From Candidatus Magasanikiibacteriota bacterium (GTDB taxonomy: Bacteria > Patescibacteriota > Patescibacteriia > Magasanikbacterales > GWA2-37-8): a stretch of 64,000 bases of DNA. Of the stretch, positions 40,582 to 50,053 are shown one piece after another; position 1 is the stretch's first letter; each line of letters opens with the position of its first letter. Location of the stretch: the NCBI GenBank assembly GCA_023246715.1, contig JAHFHZ010000001.1, positions 48,571 to 112,570 of the forward strand, written 5' to 3'. Position numbers and translations under genes: made by a program. The notes beneath the pieces are model-generated. The model ran no database searches and was not told the DNA's origin. It was given only the letters and a program-made list of their open reading frames with translations.

Positions 40582-41784
40582 ATGCCCAGCTGGAAAACAA
40601 TCCGTAGCGCGGTTGGCCAACTATGGCTGGTTTTTTTGGCCGGACTTTTATGTTTAGGGGTGGTAGAGGGGGCGCTCCGGCTTAAGAGTCGATGGGGGGA
40701 ACAGCGTGGTTACCGGGTAACCCAGCCAAATGGTTTGGTCACGCTTGAGCCAGCTTTGGATACCCTTATTCGCGGCAGTACCGGCGAGTTGATTCATTTT
40801 AAAACTAATCACGAAGGGTTCGCGAGCGAAAATCACGCGGTGGTGGCTGCCACGGGCACTAAACGAATTGCTTTTTTAGGTAATTCTTTTACTCAGGGAA
40901 CAGATGTTGATTACGAGAAAAAAATGACGACGCTTATTCAGCGTTTATATCCCAAAACCAGTGACGGCCAAAAAGTTGAAATAATGAATTTTGCCATTGG
41001 CGGCTATAGCATCGTTGAACAAATGGTGCTTTACAATGAATATGTACGCAAATATCGCCCAGCGGCCGTGATTCTAGTATCTTATGTGGGCTATGATTTT
41101 TCAACTAACCTTCGTTTTTTACCTGAACAAAAAATCATCCTGGAAGGCGATATTCAGGCCCTCACGGCTGCAACGGTGAAACAAGCCACGGATGCTTTTA
41201 CCAAACAACAGCAAACACTCAAGAATCGACTGGTCGCGACATTCGAGGTGGTGCGGTTTTTGATCCGACTGACTCAGGAAAACCAAACGCTTAACACGGC
41301 CGCGGTTAACCTCGGGTTGCTTAAGCAACCATTTAGCGAGCAGGCTGCGAACTATTTGACTGACATTTGGGCTTATTTTAATCCTAATTCCGCGCCACAC
41401 CGCGAAGTAATGGAATTTACGGCCGCGACGATTAAGCGTTTGCAAAGCCAGATAACCAGAGACGGGGCTTCTTTTGGTCTGGTGCTTATTCCAAGTTATT
41501 GGCAGGTTAACGAAAAATATATTGCACAGCTTAAGGCAAAGCACATCCCTTTGCAGCTCGACTTGCCGAACACTACCCTTAAAAAACAACTCAATAACGC
41601 ATTGCCAATTTTAGATTTATCCACGCCGATTTATCGAGCATTGAACACGGAGCGTACCCCCATTTTTATTAAAGATATAGGCCATTTCACCGAGCAGGGC
41701 AATAGCTTGGCAGCGGAACAAATCGTTGAATTTTTGAAAGCCAATGAGTTTCAATTGCGGCTGAAACGCCCGGGCAAAAATTGA
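40582..41784 (+). CDS. DltD/AlgJ/AlgX-like SGNH-fold protein (extracytoplasmic acyl-transfer partner of MBOAT)
   Basis: N-terminal TM anchor; IAFLGNSFTQGTDV (GDS-like block). Confidence 0.45.
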   Translation: MPSWKTIRSAVGQLWLVFLAGLLCLGVVEGALRLKSRWGEQRGYRVTQPNGLVTLEPALDTLIRGSTGELIHFKTNHEGFASENHAVVAATGTKRIAFLGNSFTQGTDVDYEKKMTTLIQRLYPKTSDGQKVEIMNFAIGGYSIVEQMVLYNEYVRKYRPAAVILVSYVGYDFSTNLRFLPEQKIILEGDIQALTAATVKQATDAFTKQQQTLKNRLVATFEVVRFLIRLTQENQTLNTAAVNLGLLKQPFSEQAANYLTDIWAYFNPNSAPHREVMEFTAATIKRLQSQITRDGASFGLVLIPSYWQVNEKYIAQLKAKHIPLQLDLPNTTLKKQLNNALPILDLSTPIYRALNTERTPIFIKDIGHFTEQGNSLAAEQIVEFLKANEFQLRLKRPGKN

Positions 41785-41833
41785 CTTTCTGCCTTGTGAC
41801 AGGTATATATCAGTACACAGCTAAACTATTTTT

Positions 41834-43360
41834 ATGAAAGCCTGCATTTTTCTGCAAGGACAATATAGCAAACTCGGCCATGCTCTAGCGCGGGTTTTAA
41901 AAGAACAGCATGGCGTGACGGAATTTTGCGCCTATGTCTATTCATTGGGGGCTGCGGAATTCGTTCGCCAGGGCCAGTCGGACATTGCTTATAATCCGAT
42001 TTTAGTTGACCATGAGCTCCACGAACGTTTTCGGGCTGAGCAGATTGATTTACAATTCCTTGAACGTTTCGAGCATGAGTATGGCACGCCGCATTTATGG
42101 AAGTATTTATATGCGGATCGAAAATTGCTTATGTCAATTGGGCCTAAGGAAGAAACAACCGCCGTAATTGATCCGTTGTATGAACACGATGATTTACTGC
42201 GTATTTTTCAGAGTCGCGCGCGAGCGATTGAAGAAATGTTGCTTAAAGAACGACCAGATTTTGTTTTTTTCTTTGCTATTGGTGCAATTGGCAACATGCT
42301 GGTATATCATGTGGCTAAAAAATTAGGTATTCGTATTTTTACGATTGATTTTCCGCGGATCGGGAATTGGATTTCACTTTCTTCGGATTACAATACGCTC
42401 ACGGGGATTGAAGAGGGATTCAAATCTATCCGCGCTGGCCGTGATAACGAGCCAGTCCGGCAGAACGTGCGAAAATTCCTGACGGAGTTTCGCGCCACCG
42501 GTAATTTGAATTTAGAATATATTAAAATTGCCCAGCAGCTTAACCCGATGAAAGCGCCGTCATTTTTACATCCTAAACGGTTGCTCCGCACCTTTAAATA
42601 CTTGATCACCCTCACCAGAAATTGGTTAAAGAATCGCCAGCTGTTTGTGTATGGTGAAACCCATCTGAACCCTTTGCGTTTTGTTTGGTATAACAGCATT
42701 CGTAAATTCCGCCGTGCCCGAGGATTGGATGACTTGTATACGCAGCCGGTAGCTGGCGAAGAATATGCTTTTTTCCCGTTGCATTATGAGCCGGAGCTAT
42801 CAATTTTAGTGCTTTCGCCATTTTATTTTGATCAGCTTAACCTGATTCGGATAATTGCCCGGTCGTTGCCGGTACACATGAAGCTGTATGTGAAGGAACA
42901 CCCCTCGATGATTTTCCGTCGTTCGCGTAAGTATTACAAAGACTTGCTCAAAATTCCAAATGTTCGCCTGGTGCCGCACACTATTAAAAGTTTTGAGTTA
43001 ATTAAAAATTCTAAGTTGGTAACGGTAATTTCGAGTAGTGCTGGATGGGAGGCGTGTTTGCTTAAGAAGCCGCTCATTAGTTTTGGCGAAGTCTTCTATA
43101 ACGCTTTGCCCTTTGTGCGGCGTTCACGTACGCCGGATGATTTGCCAGAGTTAATTAAGGATCGTTTGGAGCATTTTGATTACGATGAGAAGACGTTGGA
43201 AGATTTTTTGGTCGCCACGTTTGAGGAGTCTTTTCCGTTTGATTACGCTGGATTATGGTATCAGAATGACATTGCAGCTTTGATGAAAGACGCGGGGGTA
43301 CAGGCCATTGCTCAGCGCGTCATGAAGCGCGTGAAAAGTTTAAACAGCCAGGCGGCTTAA
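41834..43360 (+). CDS. KpsC/KpsS/TagF-like GT-B protein with an HP motif; candidate CMP-ulosonic acid transferase
   Basis: ...PVHMKLYVKEHPSM... (K..HP pattern); ...VISSSAGWEACLLKKPLISFGE. Confidence 0.35.
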   Translation: MKACIFLQGQYSKLGHALARVLKEQHGVTEFCAYVYSLGAAEFVRQGQSDIAYNPILVDHELHERFRAEQIDLQFLERFEHEYGTPHLWKYLYADRKLLMSIGPKEETTAVIDPLYEHDDLLRIFQSRARAIEEMLLKERPDFVFFFAIGAIGNMLVYHVAKKLGIRIFTIDFPRIGNWISLSSDYNTLTGIEEGFKSIRAGRDNEPVRQNVRKFLTEFRATGNLNLEYIKIAQQLNPMKAPSFLHPKRLLRTFKYLITLTRNWLKNRQLFVYGETHLNPLRFVWYNSIRKFRRARGLDDLYTQPVAGEEYAFFPLHYEPELSILVLSPFYFDQLNLIRIIARSLPVHMKLYVKEHPSMIFRRSRKYYKDLLKIPNVRLVPHTIKSFELIKNSKLVTVISSSAGWEACLLKKPLISFGEVFYNALPFVRRSRTPDDLPELIKDRLEHFDYDEKTLEDFLVATFEESFPFDYAGLWYQNDIAALMKDAGVQAIAQRVMKRVKSLNSQAA

Positions 43361-44286
43361 CGGCCCGCCAACGAGAATATAATCACTGTGCCACCGGTGC
43401 AAAGCGCGCCGAGCCAGTCCCGGCGGTAAAAATTTTTTCGTTCACCAAACACCAACAATCCGAGCACCACGCCACTCAATACGGTGAGCACGTCGTGCAC
43501 GGAGAGTACGATAACCCCAGGGCCAAGTGAAAGCGCCCAGTAGGTGAGGCCAAGTGTAGTAACGGTAGTGCAGCCGAGGATCGGCAAGATCAGATAAGTA
43601 GTTTTTCTCAGTGGGGAAGCGCCGATAACTTGCGGCGCTTTTTTATTTTGTTTGCTAAACCAGGCGCTGATTAGTCGTATAAGAACAGTCGCGGCAAAAG
43701 CCGCTGGGTACCAGGAGGCAAGAAAAATATCCGTGGGGATTGCTTTGAGAGAAAAAAATTTTAAAAGGAAGTTTACCACTCCCCAAATCACCACGGCGCT
43801 ACCAGCGTAGTATGCCCAGGCACCGTCCGCTTGCGCCTGCCCGGCAGGAGTTGTTTGGGGGCCGGAAGTGGCAAAACAGGTTAATGCCGCAAACGCCATT
43901 ATTATGCCGGCAATGCGGAGCATCCCATTGGCGGTAGTGGGATTAAGCAGGGACCATTCGCCCAGAAAAATTGCGATGAGGACTATGCCTAGGACGGCTA
44001 TTAGGGGGCGTGTTAACACGGAGCGCGTTAAATTGATCCGAATCGCTTTTAAAAAAAACCAAGCTCCTAGCGCATTTATCCCCGCCACGGAGGCTATTAG
44101 CAGTGAATTTTCCGAAAAAACCATTTCTTTCCGCACAGCCAGGTGATAGCCAACGGCGAGTATCGCGGCGGTGCCGAAGGCGCCGAGCGTGATTGAAACC
44201 GCAGGAAGACGGTTGGCAAGGTATTTTTGTATATACTGATGGGCGGCTTCTACCGTTATCAGTAGCCCAAGAGCTATCCAGAGCAT
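43357..44286 (-). CDS. DMT/EamA-like 10-TM transporter
   Basis: Two tandem 5-helix hydrophobic repeats. Only minus-strand gene in this block. Confidence 0.4.
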   Translation of the reverse strand: MLWIALGLLITVEAAHQYIQKYLANRLPAVSITLGAFGTAAILAVGYHLAVRKEMVFSENSLLIASVAGINALGAWFFLKAIRINLTRSVLTRPLIAVLGIVLIAIFLGEWSLLNPTTANGMLRIAGIIMAFAALTCFATSGPQTTPAGQAQADGAWAYYAGSAVVIWGVVNFLLKFFSLKAIPTDIFLASWYPAAFAATVLIRLISAWFSKQNKKAPQVIGASPLRKTTYLILPILGCTTVTTLGLTYWALSLGPGVIVLSVHDVLTVLSGVVLGLLVFGERKNFYRRDWLGALCTGGTVIIFSLAGR

Positions 44287-44307
44287 AGGTTATTGTAAAA
44301 ATAACGC

Positions 44308-44342
44308 CTTTTTGCTATAGTATTTACTTACCTAGCAAAAAT
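44308..44342. promoter_or_regulatory. Inverted repeat tttttgcta-N14-tagcaaaaa in the divergent intergenic region upstream of pseB. Candidate operator/promoter.
   Basis: Read from the sequence. TTGCTA resembles a -35 box. Confidence 0.25.
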
Positions 44343-44382
44343 AGCTACATATTGAAGATATTAGCTTAGTTTAGCAGAATTT

Positions 44383-45369
44383 ATGGCTTTTGAATATCTG
44401 AAGGGAAAATCTATCCTGGTTACTGGTGGTACCGGCTCATTTGGGCAAGCTTTCGTGCGTACTTTGCTGACCCAGACCGAAGCGGCCCGTATCGTCATTT
44501 TTAGTCGCGATGAATTGAAGCAATCCCAGATGGAATCGGCTTTGAGCCAGTATGAGCCAAGACTGCGCTTTTTTATCGGTGACGTGCGCGATTTAGAGCG
44601 GCTCGAGCGTGCTTTTCGTGGTGTTGATTATGTGGTCCACGCCGCGGCTCTCAAGCAGGTGCCTATTTTGGAATACAATCCGTTTGAAGCGGTGAAGACT
44701 AATATTCTTGGCACCCAGAACGTGATCAACGCCGCGATTAATCAAAATGTTAAAAAAGTTGTTTTAGTTTCTACCGACAAAGCGGCGAACCCTGCTAATT
44801 TGTATGGGGCAACTAAATTATGCGCCGAGCGCCTGATGATGAGCGCGAATAGCTTTGCCCCCACTGGCCCCCGATTTGGCATTGTGCGTTATGGAAACGT
44901 GATTGGTAGCCGTGGCAGCATCGTGCAGGTCATTCGTCATCAAAGCCAAAAAGGTGTTGTCACGCTAACGCACGAGGAAATGACCCGTTTTTGGATCACG
45001 CTGGAGCAGGGAATTGAATTGGTTCTGCGAGCCCTGGAAGAAATGCATGGTGGTGAGATTTTTGTTCCCAAAGTCCCGAGCATGAAAGTAAAGGATTTTA
45101 TCCGTGTTTTGGCACCGGACGCGGAAATTAAACTGGTGGGCATTCGGCCGGGCGAAAAATTGCACGAAGTGCTGGTTACCCCCGAAGAAGCCCGTCACAC
45201 CAAAGAAATGGAGACACATTACGTTATTTTACCCGAACACGCCCACTGGCCGCATCATGAACATTATCAAGGAAAGCAAAATGTCGGAGATGATTTCTTT
45301 TTTTCCAGCCACACTAATCCGCAATGGCTTGAAAAAGAATCGCTTGAAGCTATGTTAAAAAATTTGTAA
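44383..45369 (+). CDS. pseB: UDP-N-acetylglucosamine 4,6-dehydratase (inverting), PseB/FlaA1 family
   Basis: KSILVTGGTGSFGQAFV, IFSRDELKQSQM, FFIGDVRDLERL, VVHAAALKQVPILEYNP, YGATKLCAERL and MTRFWITLEQG are close to the H. pylori/C. jejuni PseB signature. Confidence 0.85.
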   Translation: MAFEYLKGKSILVTGGTGSFGQAFVRTLLTQTEAARIVIFSRDELKQSQMESALSQYEPRLRFFIGDVRDLERLERAFRGVDYVVHAAALKQVPILEYNPFEAVKTNILGTQNVINAAINQNVKKVVLVSTDKAANPANLYGATKLCAERLMMSANSFAPTGPRFGIVRYGNVIGSRGSIVQVIRHQSQKGVVTLTHEEMTRFWITLEQGIELVLRALEEMHGGEIFVPKVPSMKVKDFIRVLAPDAEIKLVGIRPGEKLHEVLVTPEEARHTKEMETHYVILPEHAHWPHHEHYQGKQNVGDDFFFSSHTNPQWLEKESLEAMLKNL

Positions 45370-46313
45370 TGGATACTTCCGCCCACAAACGAATCTTGAT
45401 TACGGGCGCAAGCGGCCTGCTTGGGGCCAATCTCTTGTACTTATTTCCCAAGCAATGGTCGTTGACCGGCCTTGTCCATAATCACCTTCTCCGGAGCAGC
45501 GCGCCGGAGATTGTTTTTTTACCGGTCGATATTACGCAGCCGGATTTTTTGCGTTGGCTACGGCAACAGGGCGCGTTCGACGTGATTATGCACTGCGCCG
45601 CGCTTACGAGTGTTGAAGCGTGCGAGCAAGACCAGGCTCAAGCCGACCGTTTGCATGTTGAAGCGACCCGTCAGTTGGCTCAATTCTCGGCTGAGCAGAA
45701 TGCTCATTTTATTTATATCTCCACAGATCATATTTTTGGGGGTGGTGAGGGGAATTACGCCGAAGATGCCTTGCCGGAACCCCGTAATTATTACGCCCAG
45801 AGCAAGCTCAAAGGCGAACAGGCGGTGCTGGCCGGAGGCGGGCATTCAACGATTATTCGAACTAATTTTTTTGGTTTTAATTTTCAACCTAAACATGATA
45901 TTGCGGGCTGGATGATGGAGGCGCTGAACAAGCGCCAACCCCGTACTCTTTTTACAGACGTTTTTTTTTCGCCTATATTGGTCAATTTTTTGGCGGAAGC
46001 AATTTCCGCGGTTATTGAAAAAGGTATTTATGGAATCATTAATATCGCCGGTAGTGATGGTTGTTCTAAATACGACTTTGGAATCAAATTGACCAAAGCG
46101 TTTAATTTGGACAATTCTGTCTTTGCGCCTGGCCTGGTTGATGAAGCCGAACAGCTTGTTGCTCGGCCAAAGAATATGACGCTTAATACCAGTCGAGCAA
46201 GCCAGGTTTTGGAGTACACGCTTCCGACAGTTGACGTTTCGATTGCGCGATATAAAGCTCTAGCCGATCAGGGCTACCAAGCGAGCTTGCGAGAGGCCTT
46301 TAGCGCAGGCTGA
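45369..46313 (+). CDS. RmlD-like NAD(P)H sugar 4-ketoreductase (dTDP-4-dehydrorhamnose reductase family)
   Basis: RILITGASGLLGANL, YAQSK (YxxxK), about 314 aa. Confidence 0.6.
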   Translation: MDTSAHKRILITGASGLLGANLLYLFPKQWSLTGLVHNHLLRSSAPEIVFLPVDITQPDFLRWLRQQGAFDVIMHCAALTSVEACEQDQAQADRLHVEATRQLAQFSAEQNAHFIYISTDHIFGGGEGNYAEDALPEPRNYYAQSKLKGEQAVLAGGGHSTIIRTNFFGFNFQPKHDIAGWMMEALNKRQPRTLFTDVFFSPILVNFLAEAISAVIEKGIYGIINIAGSDGCSKYDFGIKLTKAFNLDNSVFAPGLVDEAEQLVARPKNMTLNTSRASQVLEYTLPTVDVSIARYKALADQGYQASLREAFSAG

Positions 46314-46376
46314 TTTTATTGACAAAATCCTAAAAAATAGGCTAAAATAAGATCGGTTTCTAAGGCTGTTTTCTTT

Positions 46377-47075
46377 ATGGTTAAGCAAAATATCGTCGTC
46401 GCGACCATCCGCCCCTGGAACATTGAACGGTTCGCCCGTTGGGTTCCGCCGGAAGGCTATGAAGCCCAGTTGATTTCGGATAAGGGTTCTTTGACACTAT
46501 CGGCACTCACTCAATTGGCGCCACGGTATGTTTTTTTTCCACACTGGTCATGGATTATTCCAACAGAAATTTTGAATAATTTTGAATGCGTGCTGTTTCA
46601 CATGACCAATCTGCCGTTTGGCCGTGGAGGTAGCCCAATGCAGAATCTGATTGAACAAGGGATTTATCAAACCAAAATTTCAGCCATCCGGGTTGCTGAT
46701 GGGTTGGATGAAGGGCCGGTGTACTTGAAGCGCTCTTTGGATTTATCAACCGGTTCGGCTCAGCAACTGTTTGAAAAAATGGCTGATGAAATTTTTGTCA
46801 TGATGACCGAAATTACCACTACTCAACCGCAACCGGTTGAGCAAAGCGGCGAGCCCACTTTTTTTAAACGGCGTACCCCGGAACAAAGCCAAATTACCCC
46901 CGGTCTATCGGGTCGAAAATTGTACGATTTTATCCGTATGCTGGATGCCGAAGGTTACCCGCGAGCTTTCGCACATGTTGGCGACGTTCGTGTTGAATTT
47001 AGTGGCGCCGAGTTGTTGGATAATGAACAGGTGGCAGCCCGAGCGATTTTTAAATCCATTGATCCTATTGTTTAA
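46377..47075 (+). CDS. Formyl-transferase-domain protein (sugar N-formyltransferase candidate)
   Basis: HMTNLPFGRGGSPMQN matches the HxSLLPxxRG N10-formyl-THF binding motif. Confidence 0.6.
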   Translation: MVKQNIVVATIRPWNIERFARWVPPEGYEAQLISDKGSLTLSALTQLAPRYVFFPHWSWIIPTEILNNFECVLFHMTNLPFGRGGSPMQNLIEQGIYQTKISAIRVADGLDEGPVYLKRSLDLSTGSAQQLFEKMADEIFVMMTEITTTQPQPVEQSGEPTFFKRRTPEQSQITPGLSGRKLYDFIRMLDAEGYPRAFAHVGDVRVEFSGAELLDNEQVAARAIFKSIDPIV

Positions 47076-47079
47076 TGTT

Positions 47080-47790
47080 ATGACTATTCATCAGCCAAAA
47101 AATATTCTGGTTGTGGCCGCTCACCCCGACGATGAAATTTTGGGTTGCGGGGCGATGATCGCCAAACATATCGCGCAAGGTGACCAAGTAACGGTGCTGA
47201 TTTTAGGCGAGGGAATTTTGGCGCGCAAGGAAATGATCGGGGCAAACTTAGCCGAGGGGCAATGCCAGCTCAATAAGCTTTGGGATGATGCCCGCGAAGT
47301 GCATCGTTTTTTGGGGGTTAAGGAACTCGTACTGCATAATTTTCCAGATCTTAAATTCAGCACGGTACCACACTTAGACATGGTGCACGTGATTGAAGCG
47401 GTGCGGGACCGTTGCCGCCCGTCAATTATTTACACGCACCACCATGGCGACGCTAATATGGATCATCAGACCGTTTCCAACACCATGCAGGCTGTTTGCC
47501 GCGCTTTGCCAGACTCTACTATCGAGGCGGTTTATGCCTTTGAAATTGCTTCCTCGACCGAATGGAATTTTCGTCACGATCGGCAATTCCGCCCGAATGT
47601 TTATTTCGACATTTCGGGGGGCTTTTTAGAAAAAAAATTACAAGCGTTGGAATTGTACCGTTCGGAAATCCGCGATTTCCCACACCCGCGCTCCCGCGGG
47701 TACTTGGAGGCGCTTGCCACAGTACGCGGCGGCCAGGCTGGCTTTATGGAGGCAGAAGCTTTTGAACTTGTTTACCAGAAGCAGAAGTAA
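47080..47790 (+). CDS. PIG-L/LmbE-family N-deacetylase
   Basis: ILVVAAHPDDEILGCGAMI...HHHGDANMDHQ zinc-binding motifs. Confidence 0.7.
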   Translation: MTIHQPKNILVVAAHPDDEILGCGAMIAKHIAQGDQVTVLILGEGILARKEMIGANLAEGQCQLNKLWDDAREVHRFLGVKELVLHNFPDLKFSTVPHLDMVHVIEAVRDRCRPSIIYTHHHGDANMDHQTVSNTMQAVCRALPDSTIEAVYAFEIASSTEWNFRHDRQFRPNVYFDISGGFLEKKLQALELYRSEIRDFPHPRSRGYLEALATVRGGQAGFMEAEAFELVYQKQK

Positions 47791-47796
47791 TTTTTC

Positions 47797-49497
47797 TTGC
47801 ATATGTATATTTTAGGCCTGCATCATGATACCGACACGGGAGCCGTCTTGCTCAAAGACGGTCAGGCTGTTTTTGCTATTAACGAGGAGCGTTTAAGCCG
47901 CGTCAAGTTAGATGAATCTTTTCCCGAACGTAGCATTCAGGCCACCTTGGCGTACGCGGGCATTACGCTTAGCGATATTGACGTGGTGAGCTTTGGCTGG
48001 CATAGCGGATTTCCGTATGAAGAACATTTAACCGGGTATGTTTCGCGTTGCGTGGATATTGCCGAAGGAAGCGCAGAAGCAAAAAAAATTATGCTGGAGC
48101 GGGTGGCGGTGGAAATCAGCCAGGACGTGCCGAAAAAAAGATTCTTTGATGAACAGATGAAGCGTTTGGGATTGACGGCTAAAATGGAATATTTTGACCA
48201 TCATCGCAGCCACGCGTCGTGCGCGTTTTATCCCTCGCCGTTTGACGAAGCGCTCGTGGTAACGCTTGATGCCCGTGGCAATTTTAGGAGCGGAGCCGTT
48301 TTTCACGGTAAAGGTTCGGAAATGAAAGAGATCTCGTGTAATTATTCGTTTGATAGCCTGGGGTTTTTGTACGGACAAATTACGGATTATTTGGGATTCA
48401 AGCCGCACCGGCACGAGGGTAAAATTACTGGTTTGGCCGCTTATGGCGACCCAGAAAAATGTTTGCCGATCATGCGAGAAATGATTAAAGTCAAAGATGG
48501 CAAAATATACGGTGTGATTGGTAAGTACTATAAGCCTTTTTATACGCAACATCTGGTAGCTTTGAAACAGGCCCTGGCCCCGCATTCACGCGAAGATATC
48601 GCGGCGGCCGTGCAACGCCACCTTGAAGATGTTACTTGCGAATATATTGAGTATTACGTTAAAACTACCGGGCTCACCAAAATTGCGGCAGCGGGCGGTG
48701 TGTTTGCCAACGTGAAATTAAACCAGCGAATCCGGGCGATTCCCGGAGTGGAGGATTTGTATGTCTTTCCACAAATGGGAGATGGCGGTTTGGCCATGGG
48801 CGCGGCGCTGTTGAGTTGGCATGCTCGGAGCGCCGAGCGCAAAGCCTTGGCCAACGTTTATTTGGGACCGGAATGGACCAACGGACAGATTGAGGAAGCC
48901 GTGGCCAAGCATACTGGCAAGTTGCAAATTACTCAGTTTGCTTCCAATCAGGAGTGCGCGGGCCGCGTGGTAGAATTGCTCAAAAAAGATTCCATCATCG
49001 GCTTGTTCCAGGGCCGGATGGAGTATGGGCCCAGGGCCTTGGGCAATCGGACTATTTTGTATCACGCCAACGACCGATCGGTGAATGATTGGCTTAATAA
49101 GCGTTTGAACCGGACGGAGTTTATGCCGTTCGCGCCGGTGACTATTAAGGAATTAGCCCCCCGTTGTTTTATGGGCTGGAAACCGGAACACGTTACCACG
49201 ACATTTATGACTGAGTGCTATGATTGCACCGATGAAATGAAGCAGAACGCCCCAGCGGTGGTGCACGTGGACGGCACGGCCCGTCCGCAGATTATTGCTC
49301 GGGAAGATAATCCTTTTTATTACGACGTTATTAAGGGTTGGAACGCGGCTACTGGCGGGCTGTGTTTGATTAACACCAGCTTTAACGAGCACGAGCACCC
49401 AATCGTTTGTTCGATTGATGACGCGTTAAACAGCTTGCTTGGCAACAACGTGGACTGCGTGGTGGCTAATGGCCGGTATCTTATTCAGCCCATTTAA
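47797..49497 (+). CDS. NodU/CmcH-family carbamoyltransferase
   Basis: N-terminus ILGLHHDTDTGAVLL, FDHHRSHASCAF, about 566 aa with a Carbam_trans_N/C layout. Confidence 0.8.
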   Translation: MHMYILGLHHDTDTGAVLLKDGQAVFAINEERLSRVKLDESFPERSIQATLAYAGITLSDIDVVSFGWHSGFPYEEHLTGYVSRCVDIAEGSAEAKKIMLERVAVEISQDVPKKRFFDEQMKRLGLTAKMEYFDHHRSHASCAFYPSPFDEALVVTLDARGNFRSGAVFHGKGSEMKEISCNYSFDSLGFLYGQITDYLGFKPHRHEGKITGLAAYGDPEKCLPIMREMIKVKDGKIYGVIGKYYKPFYTQHLVALKQALAPHSREDIAAAVQRHLEDVTCEYIEYYVKTTGLTKIAAAGGVFANVKLNQRIRAIPGVEDLYVFPQMGDGGLAMGAALLSWHARSAERKALANVYLGPEWTNGQIEEAVAKHTGKLQITQFASNQECAGRVVELLKKDSIIGLFQGRMEYGPRALGNRTILYHANDRSVNDWLNKRLNRTEFMPFAPVTIKELAPRCFMGWKPEHVTTTFMTECYDCTDEMKQNAPAVVHVDGTARPQIIAREDNPFYYDVIKGWNAATGGLCLINTSFNEHEHPIVCSIDDALNSLLGNNVDCVVANGRYLIQPI

Positions 49498-49506
49498 GAT
49501 TACCAT

Positions 49507-50040
49507 ATGCGGCTTAGTGATTTGCGCCCGATGATTCAAACTTCCCGGTTAGGTCTACGCAAATTGACCCTTGAAGACGCCAATGAGCGGTATGTTGGCT
49601 GGTTGAATGACCCTGAGGTAAACGTCTACTTGGAAACGCGAACCGCCACGGTACAGGGTATCCGCGATTATATTGATAAAAAATCAAGTAGCGATACAGC
49701 TTTGCTGCTTGGTATTTATTGGCAACAGAATGATGACTTTATTGGTACGGTGAAACTGGAACCGATTGATTTTGCCACTGGAGTGGCGACAATGGGTATT
49801 TTGATTGGCGATAAAGTTTATTGGGGCAAGGGGGTAGCTACCGAAGTGGTGAATGCTATTACTGAGTATGCTTTTAATAGCTTGGGCCTTTCTGAAGTGA
49901 ATTTAGGGGTACTCGGCGCGAACTTGCCAGCTATCCGGGTCTATGAAAAGTGTGGTTTTGCTACGTATCAAGTTGACAAAAATGCCCGACAACACGGCGA
50001 CGCCACGTACGATCAGGTGTGGATGCGGCGTAACAAATAA
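49507..50040 (+). CDS. GNAT-family N-acetyltransferase (PseH/RimL-like)
   Basis: 177 aa; ...GVATEVVNAITEYAFNSLGLSEVNLGVLGANLPAIRVYEKCGF. Confidence 0.6.
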   Translation: MRLSDLRPMIQTSRLGLRKLTLEDANERYVGWLNDPEVNVYLETRTATVQGIRDYIDKKSSSDTALLLGIYWQQNDDFIGTVKLEPIDFATGVATMGILIGDKVYWGKGVATEVVNAITEYAFNSLGLSEVNLGVLGANLPAIRVYEKCGFATYQVDKNARQHGDATYDQVWMRRNK

Positions 50041-50053
50041 TTTATAAATTAGT

